Source of the DNA: Laetmonice hystrix | Lineage: Eukaryota | NCBI GenBank assembly: GCA_965235115.1 | Contig: OZ249446.1 | Span: forward strand, 10,974,001-11,038,000 | DNA: 64,000 nucleotides | Direction: 5' to 3' | Part shown: piece by piece, positions 13,510-25,600 of the stretch | How positions within the stretch are numbered: position 1 is the first letter of the stretch | How the letters are laid out: each line of letters starts with the position of its first letter | The notes under the pieces: generated by a model | Databases searched by the model: none | Told to the model about the DNA's origin: nothing | What the model saw: the letters and a program-made list of their open reading frames with translations, nothing else | Position numbers and translations under genes: made by a program

Positions 13510-14480
13510 AATGGCAGTGGGATGGCTCGGCGGTGGGCCTCCCGTACCGTGGGCCGGGAGGGTGGGCCTCCACCGTGGGTCGGGAGTGTGGGTCTCCGGT
13601 ACCGTGGGCCGGGAGGGTGAGCCTCGACCGTGGGCCAGGAGGGTGGGTCTCCGGTACCGTGGATCGGGAGGGTGAGCCTCCACCGTGGGCCGGGAGGGTG
13701 GGACTTCACCGTGGGCCGGGAGGTTGGGCCTCCGGTACCGTGGGCCCGGAGGTTGGGGCTCTCGTACCGTGGGCTGGAAGGGTGGGCCTCTCGTATCGTG
13801 GGCCGGGAGGGTGGGACTTCACCGTGGGTCGGGAGGGTGGGTCTCCGGTACCGTGGGCCGGGAGGGTGAGCCTCCACCGTGGGCCGGGAGGGTGGGTCTC
13901 CGGTACCGTGGGTCGGGAGGGTGGGCCACCACCGTGGGCCGGGAGGGTGAGCCTCCACCGTGGGTCGGGAGGGTGGGTCTCCGGTACCGTGGGTCGGGAG
14001 GGTGGGCCACCACCGTGGGCCAGGAGGGTGGGACTTCACCGTGGGCCGGGAGGGTGGGCCACCACCGTGGGCCAGGAGGGTGGGACTTCACCGTGGGCCG
14101 GGAGGGTGGGCCACCACCGTGGGCCGGGAGGGTGGGCTTCCACGGTGGGCCGGGAGGGTGGGCTTTCACCGTGGGCCGGGAGAGTGAGCCTTCACCGTGG
14201 GCCTAGGGGGTGAGCCTCCGGTAGCGTGGGCCCAGAGGGTGGGCCTCCGGTAGCGTGGGCCCAGAGGGTGGGCCTCCGGTAGCGTGGGCCCAGAGGGTGA
14301 GCCTCCGGTAGCGTGGGCCCAGAGGGTGAGCCTCCGGTAGCGTGGGCCCAGAGGGTGAGCCTCCGGTAGCGTGGGCCCAGAGGGTGAGCCTCCGGTAGCG
14401 TGGGCCCAGAGGGTGAGCCTCCGGTAGCGTGGGCCCAGAGGGTGGGCCTCCGGTAGCGTAGGCCCGGAGGGTGGGCCTCA
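13510..14480. repeat. G-rich 26/29-bp compound minisatellite
   Basis: ccgtgggccgggagggtgggcctcca variants, followed by a homogeneous 29-bp gcctccggtagcgtgggcccagagggtga block. Confidence 0.9.
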
Positions 14481-14925
14481 GGGCAGGGTGGGTGGGCCTC
14501 GCGGCCGGGCCGGGGGGGGGGGGTGCTGGGTAATAGCGGAGCGAGTCAATATGAAACTAGTGTCAGAATAAGCAGGTGCCCGCTGTAGAGATACACAGAG
14601 AGGTATAATGGTATGATTGAGCCGACAGACAAACCGTGTTAGTCATAGAGACACAAAGTAAACCGAATCTATGTCCTTGCTGGATATCATTGCACCATTA
14701 CCATGGCGCTCCATTATACCTTGTGTCTACAATAAGTAAATAAATATCTACCTCACATCCGTCGGATCAGTCAAATAAGCCGGACATTTTGTGAGTCAAG
14801 GAATCATCGCAGCATCAGGACAATTACAACAGTGTGACGAAAAGAAGGAATCGAATCTTGGGGTCCTGTGTATGTGATTACATATAAAGATACACTTGGG
14901 GAGAACAGAAGGCTGTCTGGTGTGA

Positions 14926-15558
14926 CCTGTCTGACTGACTGTCTGACTGACTGACTGTCTGACTGTCAGTTTGTCTGTCTGCCTGCCTGTCTGTCTGACT
15001 GACTGACTGACTGACTGACTGACTGACTGACTGATGACACCTTGACTTCTGTCGGAAGTCATCCCTGGAGCTAAAAATTAAGCGGATGATTTTCAAGTTG
15101 TGAGTTTCAAGGGAAGTCGCACTCCTCGCAGACTGCTGGCTAGTGGTCAGTGACTGGCTAGTGACTGGTCGGTGGCTGGTTGATGACTGGTTGGAGACTG
15201 GTCGGGGACTTATTGCTGATTGGTCGGGGACTTGTTGCTGATTGGTCGGGGACTTGCTGCTGATTGGTCGGGGACTTGCTGCTGAATGGTCGGGGACTTA
15301 TTGCTGATTGGTCGGGGACTTGTTGCTGATTGGTCGGGGACTTGCTGCTGAATGGTCGGGGACTCGTTGCTGAATGGTCCGAGACTCGTTGCTGACTGGT
15401 CCGGGACTGGATGCTGACTGGTCCGGGACTGGTTGCTGACTGGTCGGGGACTGGTTGCTAACTGGTCCGGGACTGGTTGCTGACTGGTCGGGAACTCGTT
15501 GCTGACTGGTCTGGGACTGGTTGCTGACTGGTCCGGGACTCGTTGCTGACTGGTCGGT
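14926..15558. repeat. (GACT)n-type microsatellite followed by a 22-bp minisatellite (gctgattggtcggggacttgtt)
   Basis: Direct inspection: 14926-15034 and about 15140-15558. Confidence 0.85.
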
Positions 15559-16017
15559 AGCTGGATGTTGAATGGCTCATTTGAAACTCTAGACCTGTGT
15601 CTGTCTACTCCAGCGTGTTGTAGACACCACAATTCAATTTGTGCCCGCTGACCAGAATGTTGTGTTACTGGTCAGCGGGTGTGGCCGGAGGTGGAGAGTC
15701 TCCACTGACCACTGACCAGCCACCAGGTTATCGTATTTGTTCAGCCTGATTGGTTACCGACACTGGACTTCAGGATTCTGGACGGACAGAGAGGCAGGCG
15801 GACTTCGTACAGCCACACTGTAACATTGCCACGATACGGGGTCACCCCTACCACAGCCATCCAAGGGCTTGGTCACACGGGTATTGGGCAGTCGAAAGTC
15901 ATATACATATAAATGGATCATTTGGTTTGCGTATAATAAAACATATATCTCACAGTCTGAATGGAAATCTTGTTACCTCTCGCTGTTCTCTATATTATTA
16001 CAGCGAATAGAACCTGA

Positions 16018-16184
16018 TTTGAGTCATGACATAGAAGGAGCAAACCTTTGCAGGTCTCTTTGAGTCATGCCATAGAAGGAGCAAACCTTTGCAGGTCTCT
16101 TTGAGTCATGCCATAGAAGGAGTAAACCTTTGCAGGTCTCTTTGAGTCATGCCATAGAAGGAGCAAACCTTTGCAGGTCTCTTT
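16018..16184. repeat. 41-bp tandem repeat, 4 copies
   Basis: tttgagtcatgccatagaaggagcaaacctttgcaggtctc. Confidence 0.88.
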
Positions 16185-16433
16185 AAGAACAGAATCCTTC
16201 AAGTCACGTCCGGGTTGCCATGTAATAGAATAACATTTTTGTCTCTAAGTTATTCGATGCGGTGTGTGTGTGGTTTTTGTGTGTGTGTGTGAGATTGAAA
16301 TACGACTTCTTTTTTTAAAGGGTTGAGTGTGCAGCGGTTGGAATGTAAAATTTAATTTGAATTAGATACTACAGATGTATTTATATAGGTCGTGGAGTGG
16401 CCCTCATTGGACGGTTTTTGTTTGTGATTGCAG

Positions 16434-16642
16434 GTTTGACAAAGGAAAGATCTACACATATATCGGTGAGGTGGTCGTGTCAGTAAACCCGTATCGGCCT
16501 CTCGATGTTTACGAGAAGAGATTTGTCGATGAGTACCGTGGTCGGGAGATCTACGAACGGCCTCCTCACATCTTCGCTATCGCTGACGCCTCGTACAAAG
16601 CGATGAAACGGCGCGCCAAGGACACCTGTATCGTCATCTCTG
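16434..16642 (+). CDS. MYO1D: Myosin exon E2: (R)[20 protein letters not shown]...DTCIVIS
   Basis: tgcag acceptor, gtaagt donor, 209 nt, phase 2 to 1. Confidence 0.95.
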
Positions 16643-19600
16643 GTAAGTGAACGACTATAGGATTGTCTGTAAAATACATAACAGGGTACCTTACAGACAC
16701 GCTATATAACAGGGTACCTTACAGACACGGTACCTTACAGACACGGTACCTTACAGACACGGTACCTACAGACACGGTACCCTGCAGCCACGGGACCTTA
16801 CAGACACGGTCAATTCCTGAGCGTTTACAGACACGGTCCCAAGCGTCGGTGTGCCTTGCTCCACGGAGAGTATTGAACAAATGCACTGCATGACGTGTCA
16901 CCTGGTTGAAATGCTACGATTGCGTGTAAGTAGCACCCTCCCGTCCTTAAAAAAAACGAAACATAAATAAATTACAGGAGAATGTTGCAAGGTTATGCAT
17001 ATATTTTTTCTTTACTTGCTGCTCTGATTCATCTTTCTGTTCATGGATTCAGTTGATACAGGGGGTTTTACATCTTTACTTACCGAGATACAGAGGGAGG
17101 TTTTTTTAAAAAACTGCCTCCCCATTCTGTCTGTCCGAATCATAAAACAACTCAGAACATGCTTTGATAATGTTTTTTGGCATTTTTGGCATTAGGGTGG
17201 TAGTTGTGATAATGACGCTACAGAGGTAGAGGCCGTCTTCAAATCTCCATAGTAGAGCCACCTGACCTGTCTAATACAAGCACCAGCAATTTGAGAAACC
17301 TTTTGTGCTGCAACATTATCACACAGACCAGAGTAGACTGTCATTCAATAATGTGGTACATTATTGATAATATGGAAGGCACCTGCTACATGGATGGAAT
17401 TATGGGCATTCCACATTAATGACATGTATCCAGGTTAGTGCTGCAATATCTCGTCATAGAAGACTGCTTCATGAATAAAGTATTTGAAATGCATCCTTTC
17501 ATTAATGTGTAATTACTGTCACTTATTCTGGATTGTAATTCAAATTGAGTTCATTTAAGTTGGGTACACGGTATACTTGGTTTTCCTTCAGCACGATCAA
17601 AGTGTCATATTCCAGACGAAGGAATTTTTAACCTCGGGTAATCACAATCATGGGCGTCGCGTTCATTCCATTCTGAACGGGTTATTTTCAAAAAGATAGA
17701 GCAGTTTCTTAGCAGCATAATGCAGTATGAGATAATATGATAACCAAAAACCTAGAGGAGAATTAGTGGATTAGAAAATTCTTCCCTCGACCGATACAGG
17801 ACTCGGACAGCCAGGAGCAGTGCAAGGACTGAAGTAAGCAGCAATTCTATTGTCACACAGCCCCATGTATGTTCCGATTGTTCATCTTCTACGGTGGCCG
17901 TAAAGTACATCTCACTCATACGCCAGGAACATTTCCTCTATACGCTCTCCAGATTTATTTACTATGCTGTCATTTCTAGGAGAAGAGAAATCTCCAGCGT
18001 CGAAGACAAGTGGCAGCGTAGTAAAAAAAAATCTGGCTAGCAAAGAAGAGAAATCGCGGCGTAGAAAGGAAATTTCGCTGGCGTTGGAGCAAACTGTGCA
18101 GAGTAGAAGAGAAATGAGAGAACTGTGCAGCGTAGGACGTCAGGTGGCCGTCTTACTAAGGTCTAGTTATTAACGATATAGCTAAGTTATTATAGAAGTG
18201 AATGGGAGGCCACTAGTTAATAACCAGTTGGTCTGTCATTGGCTCCTATGTAAATAAACGATATCCTTAATAACCAGGCCATGATCAGACTGTACTCTTC
18301 GGCCACCGTAATGTTGACGTGGAGCATTCCGTCTCTAGCGTAGAATATTGCGTTTTTATGAAAGGAGCTAATCTCAGAGACTTATTATTCCTAATGCTCA
18401 AGTTGTAAGGACATTATCTGAGTGAGGATTCTTATTTCAGTAATAATATAAATTAGGAAACTACCGCGCGTGAGTTCAGTTGTATGGAATGGGGACAATG
18501 ATCTTAACTTGATATTCTGATGGACTTGCCGCCTTTGAAGATCTGTCCGTATTGATTTCATCGCTAACATTACATCGCTTCGAGGGAGTAGGATTTTGTG
18601 TTGTGGTGTTTCACGCACCTTTTTTTTACTACCCCGACATCGATTGTTCGAACAACAGTAGCAAAATGCGAATAATGCTCGCCTTGCTCAGGGCGGATCC
18701 GATCTAAGAAGAGACATACCGGAATCTATAATGGTTGAAGATGTGAAGGTTTTCATTGATTGCCCCCAGCTGTCTAGGAGACACTAGTGTCAGGGCTGCA
18801 AGTGTCGTCATATCGACCTATGTAGGCCGCCAATAAAGGGTGGGGTGACAATGGGATTCCTTTGAGGTGGAAATCAGAGCAGTTGGTTGGAGTGGGAATA
18901 AATTGGTTGGGGTGTGAGTCAGTTGGTTTGGGTGGGAATAAATTGGTTGGGGTGTGAGTCAGTTGGTTTGGGTGGGAATACATTGGTTGGGATGGGAGTC
19001 AGTTGGTTGGGGTTGGAATCAATTGGTTGGGGTAGAACATTTAAAATTCAGTACAGAAATGAGAATAAACGTCGGAGAATTGCTTGTCAAATCACCACGG
19101 TAGTTCTCTGCAGTCTATTGGCTGCAGCTGGACAATCATCATTATATTAGTCCAATGTCACGGAAACTATACTCGGCTGTCTTCGACTTCCCCACACCAA
19201 CACACAACATACAAACACACGCACGTGTTTTGAAGCATTCTGCAGGATCGGGTTGTATAGTTCATCAATTCAGTACATAAATATAATGACATTCATGTCA
19301 CCTATCGATCGATGCTCCAGCCAGGGGTGGATTCGACTCAAATAAACACAGGTGGTCATTACAACAGCCGTCATGTATGTACATCCATCGGTATATACAT
19401 AGTAACATATGCACCAAATATAGGACATGGAAATGTCAACGACATTTGGGGAATTAAGGGACTCGCCAGAATATGTTGAAATGTTTTGGGCGGGGGGCTG
19501 AATTAAGGGACTCACCGGATTATGTTTAACCTTTGGGGAGGAGCTGAATTAAGGGACTCCCCGGAATACTGATGGCGACAAACTTGTAGGCAAGTTGTTC

Positions 19601-22600
19601 CTTGTTATGACAAAAGAAAGGGAGGAAGAATTGATGACTTAGGGGTTAAAGGTAATTCCATCGGGGGGATTCCTTTCTAATATCTTTCTCTTTGTGCCGT
19701 CGATTTCAATAACCTGGAATATCGAGTGTGATGTTTTGTCGTAGCTCTACCCCGCGGAGTGACAGCGACTATATAGGCTCAGTTTGACGTCATGTTTGCC
19801 GGGAGCCATGACTGCAACATGCCCCAGAGAACAGGACTGCCAGACGGGGGAGAGGATCACTATTAGACCCCCATTTATGACGTCACATCATTGGCGTCCA
19901 AGGGAGTTCAAATACAAATAGCATGACATTTCCCAGTGTGTCGCCTCGTTAGACTTCATAACTAGGGCGGGATTTAAAACGTCCCATCTCCAGCCGTACA
20001 CGCTATCTGAATCAGGACATAATCGTTCTGTGGTAACAAGCCTGGAATGAACAAATGACTGACTGGGTAGCTCAAGTGTGTCCCGGCAGTGACAATCGTG
20101 ACCTGAGCCAGGGAAGTGGTCTGTGTCAGGCATAGATTGAAGCTCCAACCGACCTGGAACGGGGACAGGAAACCCGTCAGTTCATTCAGTTTCTAAACAT
20201 CCGTCTGGGTCGTTTGTGATTTTGTAGATAGAGTTTGTGTTTCCATGATTTTATCTTTGAAACAAATCTTAGGAAATCCGTCTTTTTTCTCTTTCCCGAG
20301 GCCTGAATGTCCGGTCTAGCCTCGATTGGCTGGTAATGGATTAGGGCTGCCCTGTATGTGACATAATTGACATTTGTATCCTCGTGTGTCTTGGACACCA
20401 GTCCTGAGGCAGTGTATTCCTGGTGGACGACTGGCTATAACTGTGGGTGGTTCACTCTTTGTTCATACAAGACCCTCACTCAGCGACTTTAGGCCATGCG
20501 AGTCCGAAGTTCAGTTTGCTAATGTTACTTTTGTGTCATTCACTTATCTAAGAGAGCCAGTGGTCCCTGGCTGACTCTGCTCGAGTAGGGACGGTGAAAC
20601 TCTCCAAGGAATGAGACCACTTAAAGACGGCCTGCTATTCGATCTCTGGTACAGGAAATGTCTCGTGTTCAATCAGAGATTGTCAGGTGGTGGAAGCATC
20701 AGCTTCGGAAGATCATTTTTCTAAGGGGAGGGGCTGACTCTGGCCCTGCTCTGGTCCACTGATTGTCAAAATAGGCTGCCAGGCTGGGCTGAGTGAGTTT
20801 CAGCGTGGGTGGGGGTTGGGGCTCCGGCCCCTGCTTGGATCACCGGGGGGGGGGGGGCGTTCGCCTGCCCCTCGGTTCCGACGCCTATGGTGGTGATGGT
20901 GGCGGAGTCAGAGGTACTCAAGGTTCCCTCTCCATTCTCCTTGATTTTAGGCACTGAGTACTGTTTACTTCCATGGAACACCTCCAGAAAGAAGATCTCG
21001 CCTAGGTGGCCACAGGTCGCACGTACGATTGCTTGCGCTGCGACGCAATCGTCGGCGTCAGACAGAACGATACGGCCAGGTTGCAAAACAGACAACGTGT
21101 ACACGTACGCTCTTTGGGAACAAGCTATCTATAGACTGGTCTGTTCCGCACCATCGGCCTCAGATGCAGCGTGACCCTGAAAGCTCTTCTGTGTGGTTTC
21201 GTCGCGCCTAGGTCCCGTGGCCACCTTTACGGTCGATGCCGGGTTACTGTCCTCACGAACTTCACAATTCGATTTTTCCTTTCTTGATGATGCTTTCATC
21301 TCGTAGAAAATCCATGAAGTCGGAAATGAGCATCATACATGCAGTTAAGCCCCTCAAATTAAATTGATGCGCCAGAGAGAGGAGCTAGATTTGAACCAGA
21401 CCATTAAAGGACCCGTGTCCCAAAGAAGGTTCAGTCAGGGGACCTCTGGAAGAGGAAACCCATGGACTGGTTGGAGATCAGTAGCTAGGTAATACATGTA
21501 ACCTTTCTATGATTATAGCGGGGCTAGACATTCTCCACCCCCTCTTCTCCATTTGAGAAAATGGTCTCTGATTAATTTAAATGCGCTCGGAAATACCGAA
21601 ACGTCACCTTTGGTGATGTATCGCGTGACACAGTAGGGGAGGCTCTCCTTTGGATAACCTCAAGGTTAAAAAGTTTCGTCTCTCCTCGACAGGAGTTAAA
21701 TTGTGGATGCTCTGTGATTGCTTCCTACGACGTCGGTTTTACCACCCCTGAGAAACATCGCGACCGTTTGCGGCAGGTCAAGCCCAGAGGTCGTCCTGTG
21801 GTGGGACAGGCCAGTGCCACAGAGCAGGTCGACCTGTGGTGGGACAGGCCAGTGCCACAGAGCAGGTCGACCTGTGGTGGGACAGGCCAGTGCCACAGAG
21901 CAGGTCGACCTGTGGTGGGACAGGCCAGGGCCACAGAGCAGGTCGACCTGTGGTGGGACAGTCCAAGGCCACAGAGCAGGTCGTCCTACCTTTATCGTGT
22001 AGCCGGTTTGTCAGAGCACGCCGGCCTGCTCCGGCCTGACCGGCCTGCCCCGACATGGAAACCGATAAGCCAATCAAGCACGCCCTCATTAGGACCTTGG
22101 TAGGGAGATGGGATCCTCGGGGATCAATCCATCAGTGGGGATCAATACAGGACTGAGGCGTCCTCACTGAGTGCGGACGGGTGGAACAGTGGAGGGAAGG
22201 AGGAGGCAGAGGAGAGGGGAGGAGCAGGAGGGGAGGGGAGGAGGAGCAGGATAGGAGGTGGAGGATGGGAGAAGCAGCAGGGAGGGGAAGGAGGGGAGGA
22301 GGGGAGGAGGGTGTTAGATCAGCCCTGTTGGGGTCTCAGGGCAATTAGGTGATTAGGTATATCCGTGACTCCCACTGTGAGCCGCACATAATAAGGCTGT
22401 CAGAGAGGCCCCCAGACGTGCACAGTTAAAAGGTTTAATGTGGACCACTGGGCTGGTCCAGCTCTGGGAGGTCTCCAGACAGTCGGCGTGCACAGTTTTA
22501 ACGTGGACCACTGGGCTGGCCCAGCTCAGGGAGGTCTCCAGACAGTCGGCGTGCACAGTTTTAACGTGGACCACTGGGCTGGCCCAGCTCTGGGAGGTCT

Positions 22601-25600
22601 CCAGACAGTCGGTGTGTACAGTTAAAGGTTTAACGTGGACCACTGGGCTGGCCCAGCTCAGAGAGGTCTCGAGACAGTCGGCGTGCACAGTTTTAACGTG
22701 GACCACTGGGCTGGCCCAGCTCAGGGAGGTCTCCAGACAGTCGGCGTGCACAGTTTTAACGTGGACCACTGGGCTGGCCCAGCTCTGGGAGGTCTCCAGA
22801 CAGTCGGTGTGTACAGTTAAAGGTTTAACGTGGACCACTGGGCTGGCCCAGCTCAGGGAGGTCTCCAGACAGTCGGTGTGTACAGTTAAAGGTTTAACGT
22901 GAACCACTGGGCTGGTCCAGCTCAGAGAGGCCTCCAGACAGTCGGTGTGCACAGTTAATGGTTTAACGTGAACCACTGGGCTGGCCCAGCTCAGGGAGGT
23001 CTCCAGACAGTCGGCGTGCACAGTTTTAACGTGGACCACTGGGCTGGCCTAGCTCAGGGAGGTCTCGAGACAGTCGGTGTGCACAGTTAAAGGTTTAACG
23101 TGAACCACTGGGCTGGCCCAGCTCAGGGAGGTCTCCAGACAGTCGGTGTGTACAGTTAAAGGTTTAACGTGGACCACTGGGCTGGCCCAGCTCTGGGAGG
23201 TCTCCAGACAGTCGGTGTGCACAGTTAATGGTTTAACGTGAACCACTGGGCTGGCCCAGCTCTGGGAGGCCTCCAGACAGTCGGTGTGCACAGTTAAAGG
23301 TTTAACGTGAACCACTGGGCTGGTCCAGCTCAGAGAGGCCTCCAGACAGTCGGTGTGCACAGTTAATGGTTTAACGTGAACCACTGGGCTGGCCCAGCTC
23401 AGAGAGGCCTCCAGACAGTCGGTGTGCACAGTTTTAACGTGGACCACTGGGCTGGCCTAGCTCAGGGAGGTCTCGAGACAGTCGGTGTGCACAGTTAAAG
23501 GTTTAACGTGAACCACTGGGCTGGCCCAGCTCTGGGAGGTCTCCAGACAGTCGGTGTGCACAGTTAAAGGTTTAACGTGAACCACTGGGCTGGCCCAGCT
23601 CAGGGAGGTCTCCAGACAGTCGGTGTGCACAGTTAAAGGTTTAACGTGAACCACTGGGCTGGTCCAGCTCAGAGAGGTCTCCAGACAGTCGGCGTGCACA
23701 GTTAAAAGGTTTAACGTGGACCACTGGGCTGGCCCAGCTCAGGGAGGTCTCCAGACAGTCGGTGTGCACAGTTAATGGTTTAACGTGAACCACTGGGCTG
23801 GCCCAGCTCTGGGAGGTCTCCAGACAGTCGGCGTGCACAGTTTTAACGTGAACCACTGGGCTGGCCCAGCTCAGAGAGGTCTCCAGACAGTCGGCGTGCA
23901 CAGTTTTAACGTGAACCACTGGGCTGGCCCAGCTCAGAGAGGTCTCCAGACAGTCGGTGTGCACAGTTAACGTGAACCACTGGGCTGGCCCAGCTCAGAG
24001 AGGTCTCCAGACAGTCGGCGTGCACAGTTTTAACGTGAACCACTGGGCTGGCCCAGCTCAGAGAGGTCTCCAGACAGTCGGCGTGCACAGTTAAAAGGTT
24101 TAACGTGGACCACTGGGCTGGCCCAGCTCAGGGAGGTCTCCAGACAGTCGGTGTGCACAGTTAATGGTTTAACGTGAACCACTGGGCTGGCCCAGCTCAG
24201 GGAGGTCTCGAGACAGTCGGTGTGCACAGTTAAAGGTTTAACGTGGACCACTGGGTTGGTCCAGCTTATTGCGTGGGTTAGGATTGGGCCTAGGGTTAGT
24301 TTTATTTTTGTATCGAATTGAGTGTTAATTAGGTGTTAATGCGGTAGTCGGCTATTGAGCCGGAGAGCATTATCCAATAGGATTGACCAGCTAAATGCCG
24401 GATAAATATACACAGCTGCCTATAGAAAATCATTACACTCCCCTCTGCCGGCCCAAGGACCTCCGTAGACCTCTTCCACTGGATTCAGTTGACCAAAGTG
24501 ACCGTTTGTGGGGATTAGTGAAGGTTTCGATCTCTTTGTGAGTATTATTGATGGGACTGGGAGTGTGGCAATAACATTGAGCGGTCAGTGTGGCTTGTTG
24601 AAGGGTTATGCCCGGGCGAGGGTTGTAGTGGTGGTCTGTCACAGACTGGGGTCGTTAGGAGAGGGTTGTGGTGGTGGTCTGTCACTGCCTGTGATTGGTT
24701 TACAAAATCTGTCACACCGCCCCTGATTGGTTTACCGATGACTGCTGTGGTTTGACCTTTGTGTCACAGCGCTCTTTGTGTTGCTTATCTGTCCCACTAG
24801 AGGGCGTTGACGGGATCAGCGACGGTCCACCGTCAGATTCGGTGTTGGTGGCGTGCCTACTGCAAGCTGCGGTTGGCAGACGACCTGCAAGCGGGCTGCA
24901 GGCGGCCTGCAGGCGACCTGCAGGGGCGGCAGACGCGTAGCAGCACATTCTGTGATTGAATGTCTCACCGTTTGAAGCCGGCTTAACCCAGGACCATTGA
25001 TCTTCCGGCCGTCGTGATAACTTTATACCCGTCTGGCTTCACGAAGCTTCCGTTCATATCCAATAACTCTCCCCGATCGAATCCAGCTGCAAACAGGAGA
25101 GGCGCAGTATGACGGATGCTTTCACTCTGATTAGGTTGTTTTCTTATTGATGTGGCTTCAGGGTCAGATTTCAGGAGTGCCAGCTAGGTGAACTTCAGAC
25201 TTCAGGAGTGCCAGCTATATAGGTGATAGACAGACTTCAGGAGTGCCAGCTAGGTGATAGACAGACTTCAGGAGTGCCAGCTAGGTGATAGACAAACTTT
25301 CGGCGTGCTAGCTAGGTGATAGACAGACGTCAGGACTGCCAGCGAGGTGATAGACAAATCTCAGGAGTGCCTGCTAGGTGATAGGTTTCAGGGGTGCCAG
25401 CTAGGGGGTAGACTGATTTCAGGAGTGCCAGCTAGGTGATAGACAGACTTCAGGAGTGCCAGCTAGGTGATAGACAGACTTGAAGAGTGCCAGCTAGGTG
25501 ATAGACAGAGTTAAAGAAGTGCCAGCGAGGTGATAGACAGACTTCAAGAGTGCCAGCTAGGTGATAGACAAATCTCAGGAGTGCCTGCTAGGTGATAGGT

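Noticed and set aside
13425-14213. Pro/Gly-rich ORFs on both strands, collagen- or extensin-like
   Set aside because: GC-rich minisatellite with few possible stop codons.
15750-15841. ERQADFVQPH resembling myosin N-terminal GKADFVL as candidate exon 1
   Set aside because: No ATG, no NLxLR, wrong length and no phase-2 donor.
17979-18145. Possible cassette exon EEKSPASK...GRQ after a tttctag acceptor
   Set aside because: The best donor gives a phase mismatch, it would insert directly before the P-loop, and there is no homology.
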